Shown: positions 25,515-38,737 of the stretch, piece after piece
Layout: every line of letters starts with the position of its first letter
Position numbering within the stretch: position 1 is the stretch's first letter
Assembly (NCBI GenBank): GCA_951406725.2
Contig: OX597820.1
Coordinates: 27,776,001 to 27,840,000 of the forward strand
Length of the DNA stretch: 64,000 nucleotides
Direction of reading: 5' to 3'
DNA from: Octopus vulgaris
Lineage: Eukaryota
Position numbers and translations under genes: made by a program
The notes under the pieces: model-generated
The model's database searches: none
What the model was told of the DNA's origin: nothing
Seen by the model: only the letters and a program-made list of their open reading frames with translations

Positions 25515-25639
25515 ACCACACATCACATCACAAGTCACCAGCACTGACCAATTCCCATCCCCAGATTTTCACACCTACACATACACACACGCACATATGT
25601 ACTCTCTTACACACACGCGCACCTTCGTTTTGGGATCAC

Positions 25640-25848
25640 TACTACTTTGTTATCTCCCCTACTTCTTAGGCCTCCTACACAAATTTTATTTTCTCTCCTT
25701 GTTTCTTTCTGTGTTCCTTTCTGTGGAAGAGCGTAGGCTCGAAACTTTAAAGACTTTTTCAATTGCCGAGCATTATACTAATACATCTGTTTGTTTTCTA
25801 TAACACCTGTGTTCATCTTTTGGGTTTTTTTTTCGTGAATTCTCTCCA
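25640..25848 (+). mobile_element. PLE-type terminal repeat with mutated hammerhead (25717-25752)
   Basis: Homologous to 51020-51265; CTTT CTGTGGA AGAGCGTAGGCTC GAAACTTT AAAG. Confidence 0.72.
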
Positions 25849-25878
25849 GACACAAATGTGCGCGCGCCAGCGTGTGTG

Positions 25879-25939
<61 letters not shown>

Positions 25940-26762
25940 TCATTTGGAAATTCACCTAATTGATTATTCTGAACTTACTTTCCCAACTTCCGATATTTTT
26001 TTTTTGATAATCACTGAGTGTGCGCACGCGTACACGCACACGCACATACATTTAGTACGAGAAGTAGAAAGTTTGCATTACATATATGGGACATATTGTA
26101 CTATAAGTAGTATCATTATACTTGAAATTGAAAATATTGTTTAGTATTCATTGTACGCAGCATTATAGATATGTATTTTATTTTTCCTTTCTTTCATTTT
26201 CTCCAGTTTTACTTGTTCTGAATATAAAACTACACAACAAGTTTAAAGATCTAATTTATGTAAAACACATTTATGAATGTGATCTACAGGGGAAAAAATG
26301 GTGGAAAGCGTAATATACAGAGTGAAATTAAAAAGGCTGAGAGAAGGGAAACCTTTCATATATTTATTTGTATAAATGGAGAAGTTTTAACGATAATTTC
26401 TAAACGATATTCCTGTAACATGTTTCTATTTTTCTCTGAATAGTTAATTAGCCGAAACCTCGTGAGATTTGAAACTGTCATTATTCATGAGATATACCGT
26501 CTTCGTTTACAACATTTAAGTATATTGTATATTTGCCGAATCTTCTAGCAAATAGCTGACTGAATTTAGTTATGAGCATCCCATTACAAGTGCAGAAAAC
26601 TGTGATTTCAAAACCATAACTGATATTAGAATTGTGTATAATAAACACTACAAATCTCTTGTGAGACAAAAGAATGACAATTTAGCGGTTTATATATTGA
26701 ATAAAAGAAAAACAGTTTACTGCTGTAAATGTTAAAATATGTCCAATAAATACAAGATAATA

Positions 26763-27276
26763 TTGGGTTATCCGGAAAGTTTACATTTCGAAAGCTTACA
26801 TTTCGACTTGTTTTAGAACATGGTTTAAGCAATCTTTTCGTGGAAGAAGGTTTATGTTCATATAACCTGTGTTAATTCTGTAACCCTTTAAAATGGAAGA
26901 TAAGAAAGTTCATTTTCGGCACTTGATATTTTGGGAACCAGACAAAAATTGCTGCAGCTCGGCTGGGATGTGTTACACCACCTTCCATATTCACCATGTA
27001 TTGCTCCTTCGGATTTCCACTTATTCAGGTCTCTGTAGAATAGTCTTAATGGTAAAAATTTAAATTCCTTGGATGACGTAAAAAGATACGGTGATGAATT
27101 CTTTGCCATGAAACCACCTCAGTTCTGAGAAGAGGGTATTTTCAAGTTTAAGGAATGGTGGAGATGCATTGTGCAACAAAATGGTTCATATTTGGTTGAT
27201 TAAAAATGTAATGTCAATTATTTATTGACGTTTTTCTTTCCTTTAAACATCGGCACGAACTTTCCTGACAACCCAG
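26763..27276 (+). mobile_element. Internally deleted mariner (mellifera-like), copy 3
   Basis: TA-flanked TIRs; same internal junction as copies 1 and 2, plus extra 5' deletions. Confidence 0.9.
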
Positions 27277-27289
27277 TAGATAATGCGAT

Positions 27290-28030
27290 TTCAAATTTTA
27301 GCACAAGACCAACAATTTAGGAGAAGGGAATAAGCCGATTATATCGACCCCAGTACTTATTTTATCGACCCTGAAATGGATGAAAGGCAAAATCGATCTC
27401 GGCAGCATTTGAACCCAGAACTTAAAGACGGACAAAAAGGGATTAAGTCGATTACATCGACCCCATTGCGTAACTGGTACTTAATCTATCAACCCCGATA
27501 GGATGAAAGGCAAAGTTGACCTCGGCGGAATTTGAACTCTGAATATAACGGTAGACGAAATGCCTATTTCTTTACTACCCACAAGGGGCTAAACACAGAG
27601 ACGACAAACAAGGACAGACAAACGGATTAAGTTGATTATATCGACACCAGTGCGTAACTGGTACTTATTTAATCCACCCCGAAAGGATGAAAGGCAAAGT
27701 TGACCGCGGCGGAATTTGAACTCAGAACGTAACGGCAGACCGCTAAGCATTTCGCCCAGCGTGCTAACGTTTCTGCCAGCTCGCAGCCTTCAAATAATAT
27801 ATAATATTATCAACAACAACAACGATAATAATGTTTTCAGATTTGACACAAGGCCAGCATTTTCAGGTGAAGGGGTCAGTTGCTTACATCGACCTCAGTG
27901 CTCAATTGATACTTATTTTCTCGACTCCGAAACGATGAAAGGTAATGTCGACCTTGGCGGAATTTGAACCCCGAAAGTAAAGATGTACGAAATATCCATA
28001 AGCATTTTTACGGCGTTCTAATGATGTTGA
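27290..28030 (-). mobile_element. Cluster of about 4 SINE-B copies; youngest at 27565-27788
   Basis: Repeated GGATGAAAGGCAAAGTTGACC and GGAATTTGAACTC. Confidence 0.88.
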
Positions 28031-28121
28031 CTGCTTAATACTAATAATAAATGAGAAATATCAGTATTTAACCAGAGAGCTGAAGAGATTTTGGATGAAC
28101 AGAACAACAATTGAAAAGAAA

Positions 28122-28370
28122 AAAAGATCTCGTTCGGTCATGAATGACCATGGGATTGCACGTAGAAAGATATCCCCCGAAGCACAAGACTTGGTAAGGT
28201 TGTTTATGGGAGATCAGCAGTCGCCTACACATACCGGCCACCCTATCCATGCCACCAGTGTAATCCAAGGGAAAGGCAAAGGCCGATGCAATTTGCCACC
28301 AGTGACGTCGCAACTTATTTCTAGATTCGAGTGAACTGGAGCAAAGTGAAATAAAGAACAAAACACATGT
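28122..28370 (-). mobile_element. SINE with head-Y body plus a third tail type (tail 3)
   Basis: TTTATTTCACTTTGCTCCAGTTCACTC followed by unrelated GTTGCGACGTCACTGGTG...CCCATGGTCATTCATGACCGAA. Confidence 0.6.
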
Positions 28371-28959
28371 TGTAAAAGAGTATACATACATTCCCCTGAT
28401 ATAATTTGCATTATATACGCATTGATGCATATGTATATATAATGCAAACGTGCTTCGAGTGAATGTGTTTCCTAGTTGTGGAACGACAAGCAGCAGTATA
28501 AGGAGTAGAAATAGAAAGAATTAGATTCAAGTAGCACACACGTCTCACTACCAGCCCTGTAAATTTCTTTGCCGACTTCAGAGGAAAATATAAGGAAGAC
28601 CTACACTGCTACGAGCACTGCAACAACAAAAACAACAATAAGAACGGTAGGAAAATAGTAAATCATAACAACAACAACAATAGCATTGATAATAGACACC
28701 AACGAAAGAACAACAGCGTCTGCTTCCCCGACCAAACGAAGTATTACAGCAAGGTTTTGCCATCAACAAATAAAATATAGACAGGTGATCACAACTGAGC
28801 TCATTTCTCGTTGTCCGTCAAGATCTGAGCGAAAATTCTCTCGGCAGGTATCTTTCCCGAGTTAAAAAAAATCGAAAATTAAGACGCGAAATTTTATTTG
28901 AAGTTAGAATATTCCACGATTCAGCAGGGAGCCCTCCCACAAACACACATACGTACTGC

Positions 28960-29001
28960 CTCTACCAAGAACACCATCATCCTTACCAAGAACACCGATA
29001 A

Positions 29002-29033
<32 letters not shown>

Positions 29034-29240
29034 CCACCAACTGCGGCACCACCGCCACCGGCACCGCAACCACCGGCACCACCACCACCACCGCCGCCAC
29101 CGCCATCATCACCACCGGCACCACCACATCCACCCCCACCACCACCGCCATCACCAACACCGGCACCACCACCACCACTACTCTCACCACTACCACCGCC
29201 ATCACCACCACCATCACCTCCACCGGCACCACCACCGTAA
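28960..29240. repeat. Degenerate (ACC)n trinucleotide repeat
   Basis: Direct inspection; source of the Thr-rich and Val-rich ORFs. Confidence 0.9.
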
Positions 29241-31059
29241 CGTCAACAATTGCCAAACCTACAACCATATCGACAATAAAAGCAACAAAACAACGTTATC
29301 AAAAATTCCCGAAACGTCAATAGGTCTACAAAACCAGAAGAACGCCAACAGCCAAACACAGAAGAACTGTTTCTCACAATTTTCGCCGATACAATGTCTA
29401 TGTATGTTGTTGTTTAGTTGCTATGAGTGGCTTGAACTGGTGGTGAAATGCCTACCCTGACTACAATTGAAAGGGGTATTTCAAGAGATATTTATTCCAA
29501 TGGATGCATTCAGGAACCATATTTTGATTGTATTCAGCGTATTGATGGATTGCGCAAGAAGGTTTTATTTCCTTTCTTCTCTCATGCACCTGCCAAATAA
29601 TATCGAGGATAACTTGTATACATTTATTTCATCAATTCCTCATTGATCCAGTTCCGAAAAAGAAACCGCCAAAGTGACGTAAATGCATGTTACGTAAATC
29701 TGGGCTTTCTTTTATTTTTTCTTACATTCGATATATTACTCATCTCTGGATTCCTGTGTTTCTTTTATATAACAACGTTGACCTTGCTTTCTCACATCAT
29801 CTCCGCTTGAGGTTTTTAATCAAAACTAGTAAACAAAGATAATTACGTGATCGATATCTGATCATAGCCGAATCGAAAAACTTTCTTTGACTGTAAAGAC
29901 AATAGCTTTGTCTTTCAAAGACTGTTGGAGTTGTTTTATAAAGATATACGATTGATTTTTTTATACTGTTGTTATAGCTACTCAGAATACTGACTGTCCA
30001 TATTATAACGACATAGATTATTCAAGAATATAAAAGGGATGGATGGCAAAATGTTTCCCGTTCTTATATCATTTATTGTAAGGGATTACGGAATCTAAGC
30101 ATCAGTTTCGATTTTGAATCAACGAGGATTTCTATGGAAATGTTGGTTATTCATTGTAATTATATTGCGCAAACAAATATCAATACAACAGCTAAACCAG
30201 CAGTTCGTTCCAACTTGCTGTGCATACAGTTGTGTTCCATTCTTAAAGAAAACATCGGTTGTTGGCAATTTTCATTTCGTCCAGAAATGTTCACCGCATA
30301 TTGTTATATTTCCTTGAAATAACTGCCTCCTTTTGCCAAAAGAATATGCGTGCCTACATTGGTGTCTGTGAGTAGACATGTGTGTATATATATATATATA
30401 CATATTCGCATGAGGATATGTATGTAGATATGCATATACAGACACACACACACATATATCTATATAGAAAATATAATTAAGATTCAGTAGAGTTACGTAT
30501 TTAAATTGAAGCCCCATAATGGTTCGGTATTATCCGCACAGATATAATATAAGGAAACAATGTAATTATTTTGGTTTCTATTATTGATATAAAATTAAAT
30601 GCAAGGGACATTTTTCTTTTTTCTGTCTGTCTGTCTCTCTTTTATTACTCTTGTGAAGACTTCGTAACAGGCAGTAGGTAGTAGTAGTCCTAAAAGAATA
30701 TTTGATATTAATTCTCGGATTTGATTTTTTAAATGGCTGGAACATGAATATATATACATGTGTGTGTGTATTTGCTTCGGTATTTTGACAAAGAAATGTA
30801 ACGTTTGATATATGTATGTGTTCTTTTAGTGAGGGAGAGAGAAAGAAAAAGAAAGAGAGACAAAGAGAGACAGAAAGTGAGAGAGAGAGAGAGAGAGAGA
30901 AAGAAAGAAAAGAAGAGAAAGAGAGAGAATGAAAGAGATAGAAAGAAAGAGAAGGAAATAGATAGAGAAGACAGAAAATCATAGGGAGATGTTTGGTTTT
31001 AGTTTCACTTTGTGGGAGAAAGAAACAGATAGAATCTCTCTTTTATATATATAGATATA

Positions 31060-31107
<48 letters not shown>

Positions 31108-31150
31108 ACATATATACATACATAATACACACACACACACACACATATAT

Positions 31151-31533
31151 ACTATCTGTTTCAAGTAATAGACTGCGGCCATGCTGGAGGAAAGCATTGT
31201 ATAAGATTTATTCGAATGAATCAAGCTCAGTATTTATTTTTTTTAAATCCTGATAATTATTCTATCGGTCTGTTTTGGCGAATTACTTAGACCAACACCG
31301 CTTCTCTAGTACTTCACAAACACTAAGACACACGTACACACACAAACACGCATACAAACAAACATATATATATACGACATGGCTTCTATCAGTTTCCGTC
31401 TAGCAAATCTACTCCCAAGGCTTTTGTCGGTCCGAGGTTATAGTAGAAAACACTTGTTCAAGGTGCTACGCAGTTGGACAGAACCCACAACCATGCAGTT
31501 GGGAATCAAGTTTTTTACCACATAGCCATACCC
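31151..31533 (-). mobile_element. SINE family A, diverged
   Basis: Reverse-complement homologue of 709-1115. Confidence 0.8.
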
Positions 31534-31599
31534 ATTGGAAGATATAAAGTAAACTAAAAAAATGAAAAAGGAAAAGAAACGAAAACATTGCTGTAGCTT

Positions 31600-32260
31600 T
31601 AACTTATATTTCTATATTTTGGAGCTATAACGCCTTCTTCAGAACATTTCGAAAGTGACGGATAGAAAAGGTCGTTGCTGAAATATGTGGGGAGGGAGGA
31701 AAAAGATGGCACAGGGAGGATAAAAAATAATGGAGGAAGCTGATATGCGCAAACTGGTGTTCCGATAATAACCAGTCTGATTCATGTAGTTCCTTCCTGT
31801 AGTCTATGGCTGGTTACAGTGTGTTGATAAGGAGGGCCTTCATGATTCTAAGATTGCTCCACTTGATTTTCTTTATCGCCCCTCTTACATTTCGAGGTTT
31901 GGCACTTCTTTAAGTGCTTTTTGTCGAAGTTCCTGTACGTAGTACTTTAGCCTGGTACATTTACGTGCGGTTTTGCATAATATTTTATAAATTGGTTAAG
32001 ACAATCTGGAGACAGCATTTAATAGGTCTTATTCTTACTTCTAGTAAATTACATCAAGCCGTAAATATGTTCGTAAAATGAAACTACCGAAATGTACTTG
32101 TGCTAGCGTACCGTTAACTATGATTCCATTCACCCGTAAATTGCATCTATTGAAAGTACTTGAGCCCGTGAAGGTAATTTTACAACAGCAAGGAAGCAAT
32201 ATAATACAGGTAAAAGGACCCAGACTCAGCTTTGGTGAAATGTTTTCATTATCTCTCACA
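31600..32260 (-). mobile_element. Possible highly decayed PLE C-terminal region
   Basis: Weak motifs ILLPC, DVIY and LRIMKALLINTL*P (cf. LxILEALxIxxxKP), then CTGAAGAAGGC. Confidence 0.3.
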
Positions 32261-32582
32261 GTGTAACATTTACGCTTTCCTTCGTTGCAGCATGAAATAA
32301 AAGCGTTTCATTAATGCAACACACTTTTAGTGTTATTCTTATGCATTTATCGATACACGGGGAAACCTGTGTTACATGTACTAAGAAGTATTGGCGTACA
32401 AATTCAATCGTAGACAAATTCGGGTATAGTGATTTGACTGCAATGGAATAAATGGAAAGATACACATGCATGTATTTCCATACGCACACACACGCTCGTT
32501 CACGCACATAAACACACACATACGTCTGTGTGTGTGTGTTCTTCGATATGTATGTTTATATACAGATACATTATACATATAT

Positions 32583-32897
32583 GAAAGCACACGTATGAGT
32601 GGTCAGGGTATCCGGCTCACGATCGTAATATCGAGAGTTCGATACACGGCGCAGCAAGTTGCCTCCTTGAGCAAGACACGTTATTTCACGTTGCTCTTGT
32701 TTATTCAGCGAGCAAAAATGAATTGCATCTGTATTTCAAAGATGCGGCCTTTTCACAATCGATGTGTCACACTCGATATCCCTGAGAACTACGTAACTGT
32801 GGAGTGCTCAGGCACTTGCACGTTAATTTTGCGATGAAGATGTTCTGTTAATCGTATCAAGTGGAATACTCGTCGTCGACACCGACGGAGAGCCAAG
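32583..32897 (+). mobile_element. tRNA-derived SINE, head Y plus tail 2
   Basis: TTGAGCAAGACACGTTATTTCACGTTGCTC then CTGTATTTCAAAG...GGAGTGCTCAGGCACTTGCACGTTAATTT...ACCGACGGAG. Confidence 0.8.
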
Positions 32898-32900
32898 CTA

Positions 32901-32977
<77 letters not shown>

Positions 32978-33028
32978 GTCTGTCTGTCTGTCTCTTGATA
33001 GATAGATTAAACAGGTAGATAGGTCGGT

Positions 33029-33128
33029 NNNNNNNNNNNNNNNNNNNNNNNNNNNNNNNNNNNNNNNNNNNNNNNNNNNNNNNNNNNNNNNNNNNNNNNN
33101 NNNNNNNNNNNNNNNNNNNNNNNNNNNN
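33029..33128. other. Assembly gap (100 N) next to a (TATC)n tract
   Basis: Run of N. Confidence 1.
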
Positions 33129-33869
33129 CACTAAGGTCACAAATGAAAAGTGAACTGCAGTCCGAAACGTTATATAAAAATGTGGTGAGAACAACACTGG
33201 CTGCACGAAAACGAAGAGTCAGGACTGGTCGGAGGAAACAGGAAGAAGGAATCTCGATCGTATGTAAAATGAACTCTGAAAACGTTTTTAGTACGGTGAG
33301 ATACAGGGGCTGAAATAAGTCCCAGTATTTCAACAGTGCATCATGAGCCACGTAAAAAATATTTGCATAAGATGCAGTTCATACAAAACGGAACACTTAG
33401 AAATGATACGTACTGCAGCACCTGCAGCAGTAACTTCATGCTTAAGAGCTTACGAATTTATAATTAATCGCTATGTAAGTAGAAGCACATTCTCCTTATA
33501 CAAAAAAAAACAAAACAAAAAAACGCATTATATTATACGAAAACGACGTTATGTAAACAAAAATATTTGGCTGATCCAAAAAAAAAAACAACAAAAAGAC
33601 ATAGGATAATGTTTTATTAGATATGTTTAGGTGTCTATTTACGGAAACACGAATTTGTTTCGCAGAATTAATGATGGGAATTAGCACTTGTATGTATTAC
33701 ATTTAACAACTTCGTATTAGGTAAATGTTTTTATACTACGTCAAAAGTTTGAGGTTCTTTCGCATTCTATATATGTTTATTCACTTAAAACTGAAATTAT
33801 TCTACGTATGCATGTATGTATGCATGTATATATGTGCGCGCGTGTGTGTCTTCTATTTTTTAAATATTA

Positions 33870-35378
33870 TAAATCTTCCACTGAGGAGGGAGCCGGTTTC
33901 AAGGCTCCATCTTTGGGATGTAGTTAACAGAGACAAATTCACATTTGGAACTTGAGAAAAGTCTTGCATATTTTTACTGTTCCACTCACAGATTGCACTG
34001 TGAATTAGCCGGTCGATTTCTCTTTCTGAAAATCTCAGTTTATCCAGATTCTCCTCGAAGCATTAACTAACAAAACCAAGCGCTCCAATTATCATAGGTA
34101 TGAATATGAAATAATAGTCTGGATATAGAAGCTGGAGCTTTCGAAGCAGTTGTCCATAGATGTTCGCTTTTCTTTTGATTTTCAGAGAGATATTTATATC
34201 TGCAGGGCAGCTAACGTCTATGACGGTACATGCCTTTGCCCCTCCCAAACAACAATACCTGGCCTGTTATGTCTATGTTGACAGAAGTTTTGATGGGAAT
34301 ATTCCTCCAGTTTTCCTTGAGATGGTGTTTATGAATGTATTCCATAACAGGGATTTTCTAAGATAATTTCATGGCAGGCTTTGTTGCGGATGACAACATC
34401 GTGCCGCATAGGGAGGTAGTACCGTGACGATATTTTAGGACACCTGCTAATCACATGCATGATGTCTTCCACACAAACAGAGTATAACCTAAACATGCGG
34501 TTGCACCTTGGGATTACGAGAGCGTCACTGTCTCTCTTGTTCACCAGGTACTCTGTGGCAATCTTTTGTTACTGGATTGCAAATTCATAGCCTTCAATGT
34601 GTGATGTGATGTGGTGGTCTTGTGTCGAAGGGAGGCTGTGCTCCGTGTCAATTCTACTGTCTTCTTCAACTTCCGGGCAACATACCCATGCATAGTCTTT
34701 TTTTTTCTTGTATGCTGAGTGCTTTCCATCGAGGTCTTTTCTGAGGTAAGAGAGCCCAGCTGTTTTGGGGCTGTATAGGTGATCATAAGGAAGAGAGAGT
34801 TTCTTGAGAAGCTCACTGCCAACATGTACAATGTTGCTCACTTCATTTCCAGATTTCCAGCTTTATATTCCTATATTTATTTTTTCTGCTATTGTTCAAT
34901 AGGTGCTGCCTGATCATACCACACGGCATCCGAAGACCGTTATACAACCTTCATTTCTCTTAGATAGAGCCTGTCAACCTCACTGTTTCTCTGAAAGTTC
35001 CTAGTTGTTGTCAGGATTTTGCGTGTTTTGATATCTATGGAGTGGACCTCCTCTACAGACCAATCAAGTATCCCAGATGGTGGAATCAGCTCTGATACTG
35101 CAAATGCATTGTGGGATATTGTTTTGTTGTAAGAGGAGAGTTCCGACTGCCATATTTTCCTACGTCTGGTGTAATTTTTCTCGGGTCACTTCATTTTTAT
35201 TTACAATACTTTCATATGATGCATTTTCATCTATGCCTAGGTACTTGTAACATCCTTTGTGTGGAATGGGGGAGATGGAAAGACCGTTGATACACAGGTT
35301 TTAGGTTTGGGGAACTGACTTTCCTCGTTTCATAACTGAATATGAACATTCCTTTTGGCCAAATTCCATGCCTATACC
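33870..35378 (-). mobile_element. R4/Dong-clade LINE 3' half: RT end, Zn knuckle, restriction-like endonuclease
   Basis: IGMEFG, YKYLGIDEN, LDWSVEEVHSIDIKTRKIL, EGYEFAIQ, EDIMHVISRC, RHDVV, VIDVSCPAD, IPMIIGALG, GTVKICKTFL; many lesions. Confidence 0.88.
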
Positions 35379-35702
35379 AGCTCAAAATATTATTAATTCC
35401 AGTTATTATAAGAAATATTAGAAATATATCGCGTGAAAATATGGCGTAAATAGAATTTATAGAAGAAATAGATAGAAATAAGTATTTAAGCTATTAAAAT
35501 TACAAATGTATTTTAGCTGTAAGAATAAGGAAAAAAAATTAATTTTAATATTTTATTAAATGAAAAAATTGTAAAGTCTAAATAATTTAAACACTAAAAA
35601 CATGAAATCTATAATATATTAAACATAAATTAAGCTAAAATTCTATAATTGAATCCATTTTCATTAATTAATTTATTTATTTTATAAACATCTAATTTTC
35701 AA

Positions 35703-35815
35703 CGATAGAAAAAGTACTAGGCTTACAAAGAATAAGTCCTGGTGTCGATTTGTTCGACTAAAGGCGGTACTCCAACAGTCTAGTGACAGAAACAAATAAA
35801 AGAGTAAAAGAGTAA
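35703..35815 (+). mobile_element. SINE family A 3' fragment
   Basis: AGTACTAGGCTTACAAAGAATAAGTCC...AAAAGAGTAAAAGAG. Confidence 0.8.
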
Positions 35816-36110
35816 TGTATACATACTACAGGAAATGAAAAATCCGTTTAAATATTCAACTTGAATAAGCACCTCTATAAATATAAAAAAAAACCTTCCG
35901 ATGTTGAATCAAACTGCAATAACACCAAATATAGAATTTTCCTTTCCTGGAATGTGTATACAATTTTTGGCGGACTATGTATATTATTTTCGCCAATATT
36001 CTTGTTGATGATGCTACTGGTGTTGTTCTTGCTGAAGTTGGCTTCTTTGATATAACTTGATATAAGTTTTTCACGCAGCTGCTACTTTCAGCAGGTGACA
36101 AAATAACATG

Positions 36111-36963
36111 CGAGGTGGTACCCAAAAGTAACCGGAAAAGTTCTTTGTGAGACAAGCCCGCTGTAGTTCAGGCTTCCGCACGACCGCCAGCCGTCAATCT
36201 ATCTGCCAGTGTTGTTCTATGAGCTCAAATTGCCACGTAGTGCGTCTCTGTTTTGCAGTGCTTCTCCCAGTTCGTCGATTTTTGCGATGGCTGGAACGAA
36301 CGTGAAATTCTGTTTCCGTGAAATTCTGTTTTATGCGAGGTTTACGGCGGCCGAAAAGGTTGTCATGCTTCAAACAGCTTACATATTTACGAGTGGCTTC
36401 CACGCTTTAGGAATAGTCACTTGTCGCTTGAAAACCAACATCGTTGAGGGCGACCGTCGACCTCCTGAACAAATGAAAACATACATGAACTGATATTAGA
36501 GGACCATCACAGAGCAATTGAAGAACTTGTTGATATGACTGGTGTGACCTGGAGCTCCTAGCAAAGATTTCTGAGCTTGGAATTGCGAATGAAAAGATTT
36601 GCAGCAAAATTTGTGCCTCGCTTGCTCACGGAAGATTAAAGGCAGCCGTAAATGAATGCGTATCGTGAAATAAAAGAACAGTTGGTAGGTGATTTGGACG
36701 TTTTTTCCATGATCATCACTGGTCACGAAAGCTAGTTCTACGGAATTTTCGGAAGTGGAAGAGGTGAAGCCAAAAACAACGGAGGCGTTGAAAGGCCTCG
36801 CTTCGCAAGTGTTCCATCACTGCTTTCAACAGTGGAAAGCACATTAGGACCGATGCATTGCTTCAAATGGGGAATACGTCGAAGGCGATAAAAGTATAAA
36901 TATGTCAAACTAAGTAAGTGAAATAATATTGCAAAATTCCGGTTTTTTTTGGGTACCCATTCG
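36111..36963 (+). mobile_element. Internally deleted mariner (irritans-like)
   Basis: TIRs CGAGGTGGTACCCAAAAGTAACCGGAA / TTCCGGTTTTTTTTGGGTACCCATTCG|TA; NVKFC, GRPSTS, AAKFVPRLLT, IITGHES*FY. Confidence 0.85.
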
Positions 36964-37090
36964 TATATATTAAAGGTAATCGAATTATACATAGAAACTA
37001 TATTTACCGATATACAATACATACATACATATAGATATGTGAGTCTGTGCGTCTATGAATGAGTACCACACAAAGACACACACACACACA

Positions 37091-37150
<60 letters not shown>

Positions 37151-37499
37151 GTGATTTGAGAGAAAGTGAGAGAATGAACGGGAGATGTGTGGGCAGTATA
37201 ATTTAAAGAGAAATGTCTAGAGCAGACAACAGCCTGGTAAACTTAATGGCAATACATAAATATATCGGAAGAATTATAAAGAAATATATGTTCGTGTCAT
37301 TATATGAAATGGTCTTATAATATATCTACATTGCAAAATGTAGACGTAAGAATAAGGGTATGTCAATATGTGTGCATGTTAAGAATTTTTTAATAATTTC
37401 GAATCATTTATGGTTTTTCGATTTGATTCATAATGAAAGAAAATTTCTTTCCTATATTTAAATATAAAATATTTTTTGTATGTTTCTCTAAGAATATTG

Positions 37500-37810
37500 A
37501 CGGGTATAACCCTTGGTCAAAATTATGGCGAATTTCCACACTTCAGTGGTTTCGATTCCCGTATCAAGCAGTGCTTTTTTCTTTTTCTTAAACAAAACAC
37601 TTCACTGCACATTGCTTCAGTTTACGCAATTGCAAAGGCGTTCTAGGAATGGCTGGGAAGTTAACCAGAGTAGTGTGATAATCTCTGTTACTTAGAGACC
37701 GAGGGTAGTCTGGTAATCTCTGTTACTTAGAAACTATGGAAACTGTGTGAAGCTCCAGCTTATGTGGCCTACCGCTCAACAGACCTAAAGCTCATGAGAG
37801 ACCTCGGACC
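37500..37810 (+). mobile_element. Old head-Y SINE with an internal tandem duplication of about 35 bp
   Basis: GGTTTCGATTCCC, AAACACTTCACTGCACATTGCTTCAG; TAATCTCTGTTACTTAGA occurs twice. Confidence 0.5.
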
Positions 37811-38463
37811 TAATTACCACTTCTTATCCCGATTGTATACAAGAAAAATTATAAAAATACATTGGGGTTCATGAATGAAATATGGACTCATAAAACAACA
37901 GCAACAGTAACAACAACGGCTTCAAATTCCAATGGGATGTTTTTGATGCGAAACCTCTACGGGATCGACTTTATTAATAATAAGTAAATTTGGAAGGGAG
38001 TAAAAATACAAGGGAAATACGATACACGAATGGCAAGGACACAATTTTGGACATTTCTCTCTCTTCCTCTTTCTCTTTCTTCCTCTCTCTCTTGCTCTCT
38101 CCCTCTCGTTCTCATCCTCCCCTCTCTCACTGTTTCTATCTTTCTTTCTCTCTCTTTCGGTTTTTCTACATACATATATATATACATACAGACTTACATA
38201 CATACAGACTTACATACACAGAGACATACATAATACCCCCTTACACTAATATGTCAACTTGAGTATGTGTGTGTGTGTGTGTGTGTTTGTGTATACAGAA
38301 AAACAAATAACTAAAATAGCCATCTATGGATACATCGTTGAAAAGCAATTTATTGAGGCCCTCTGAATATCGGTCGTATTACCGGACTGTGTTTAAACAC
38401 ACACACACACGCACACACACACACGCACACACACACACATGCACGCGCGCGCACACACACACA

Positions 38464-38519
<56 letters not shown>

Positions 38520-38687
38520 GGGAGACGGAAATGCAGCAGCAAGGGAAAGCATTTCAGCGTCGTCGCACATCCATAAAATGTACACGTAGCCAGCCAGATG
38601 TTCAGAAGAGATTTAACTCCTCTAACATATAAGAAATAGTGAATGTATATTCACTAGGATTACAAATAGCTCCTCTTGCCTCTCCCA

Positions 38688-38737
<50 letters not shown>

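Noticed and set aside
28898-29323. Mucin-like Thr-rich protein
   Set aside because: Explained by an (ACC)n repeat; TTG start, no signal peptide or splice support
33129-33315. Basic open frame after the gap (RKRRVRTGRRK)
   Set aside because: Truncated by Ns and no identifiable family
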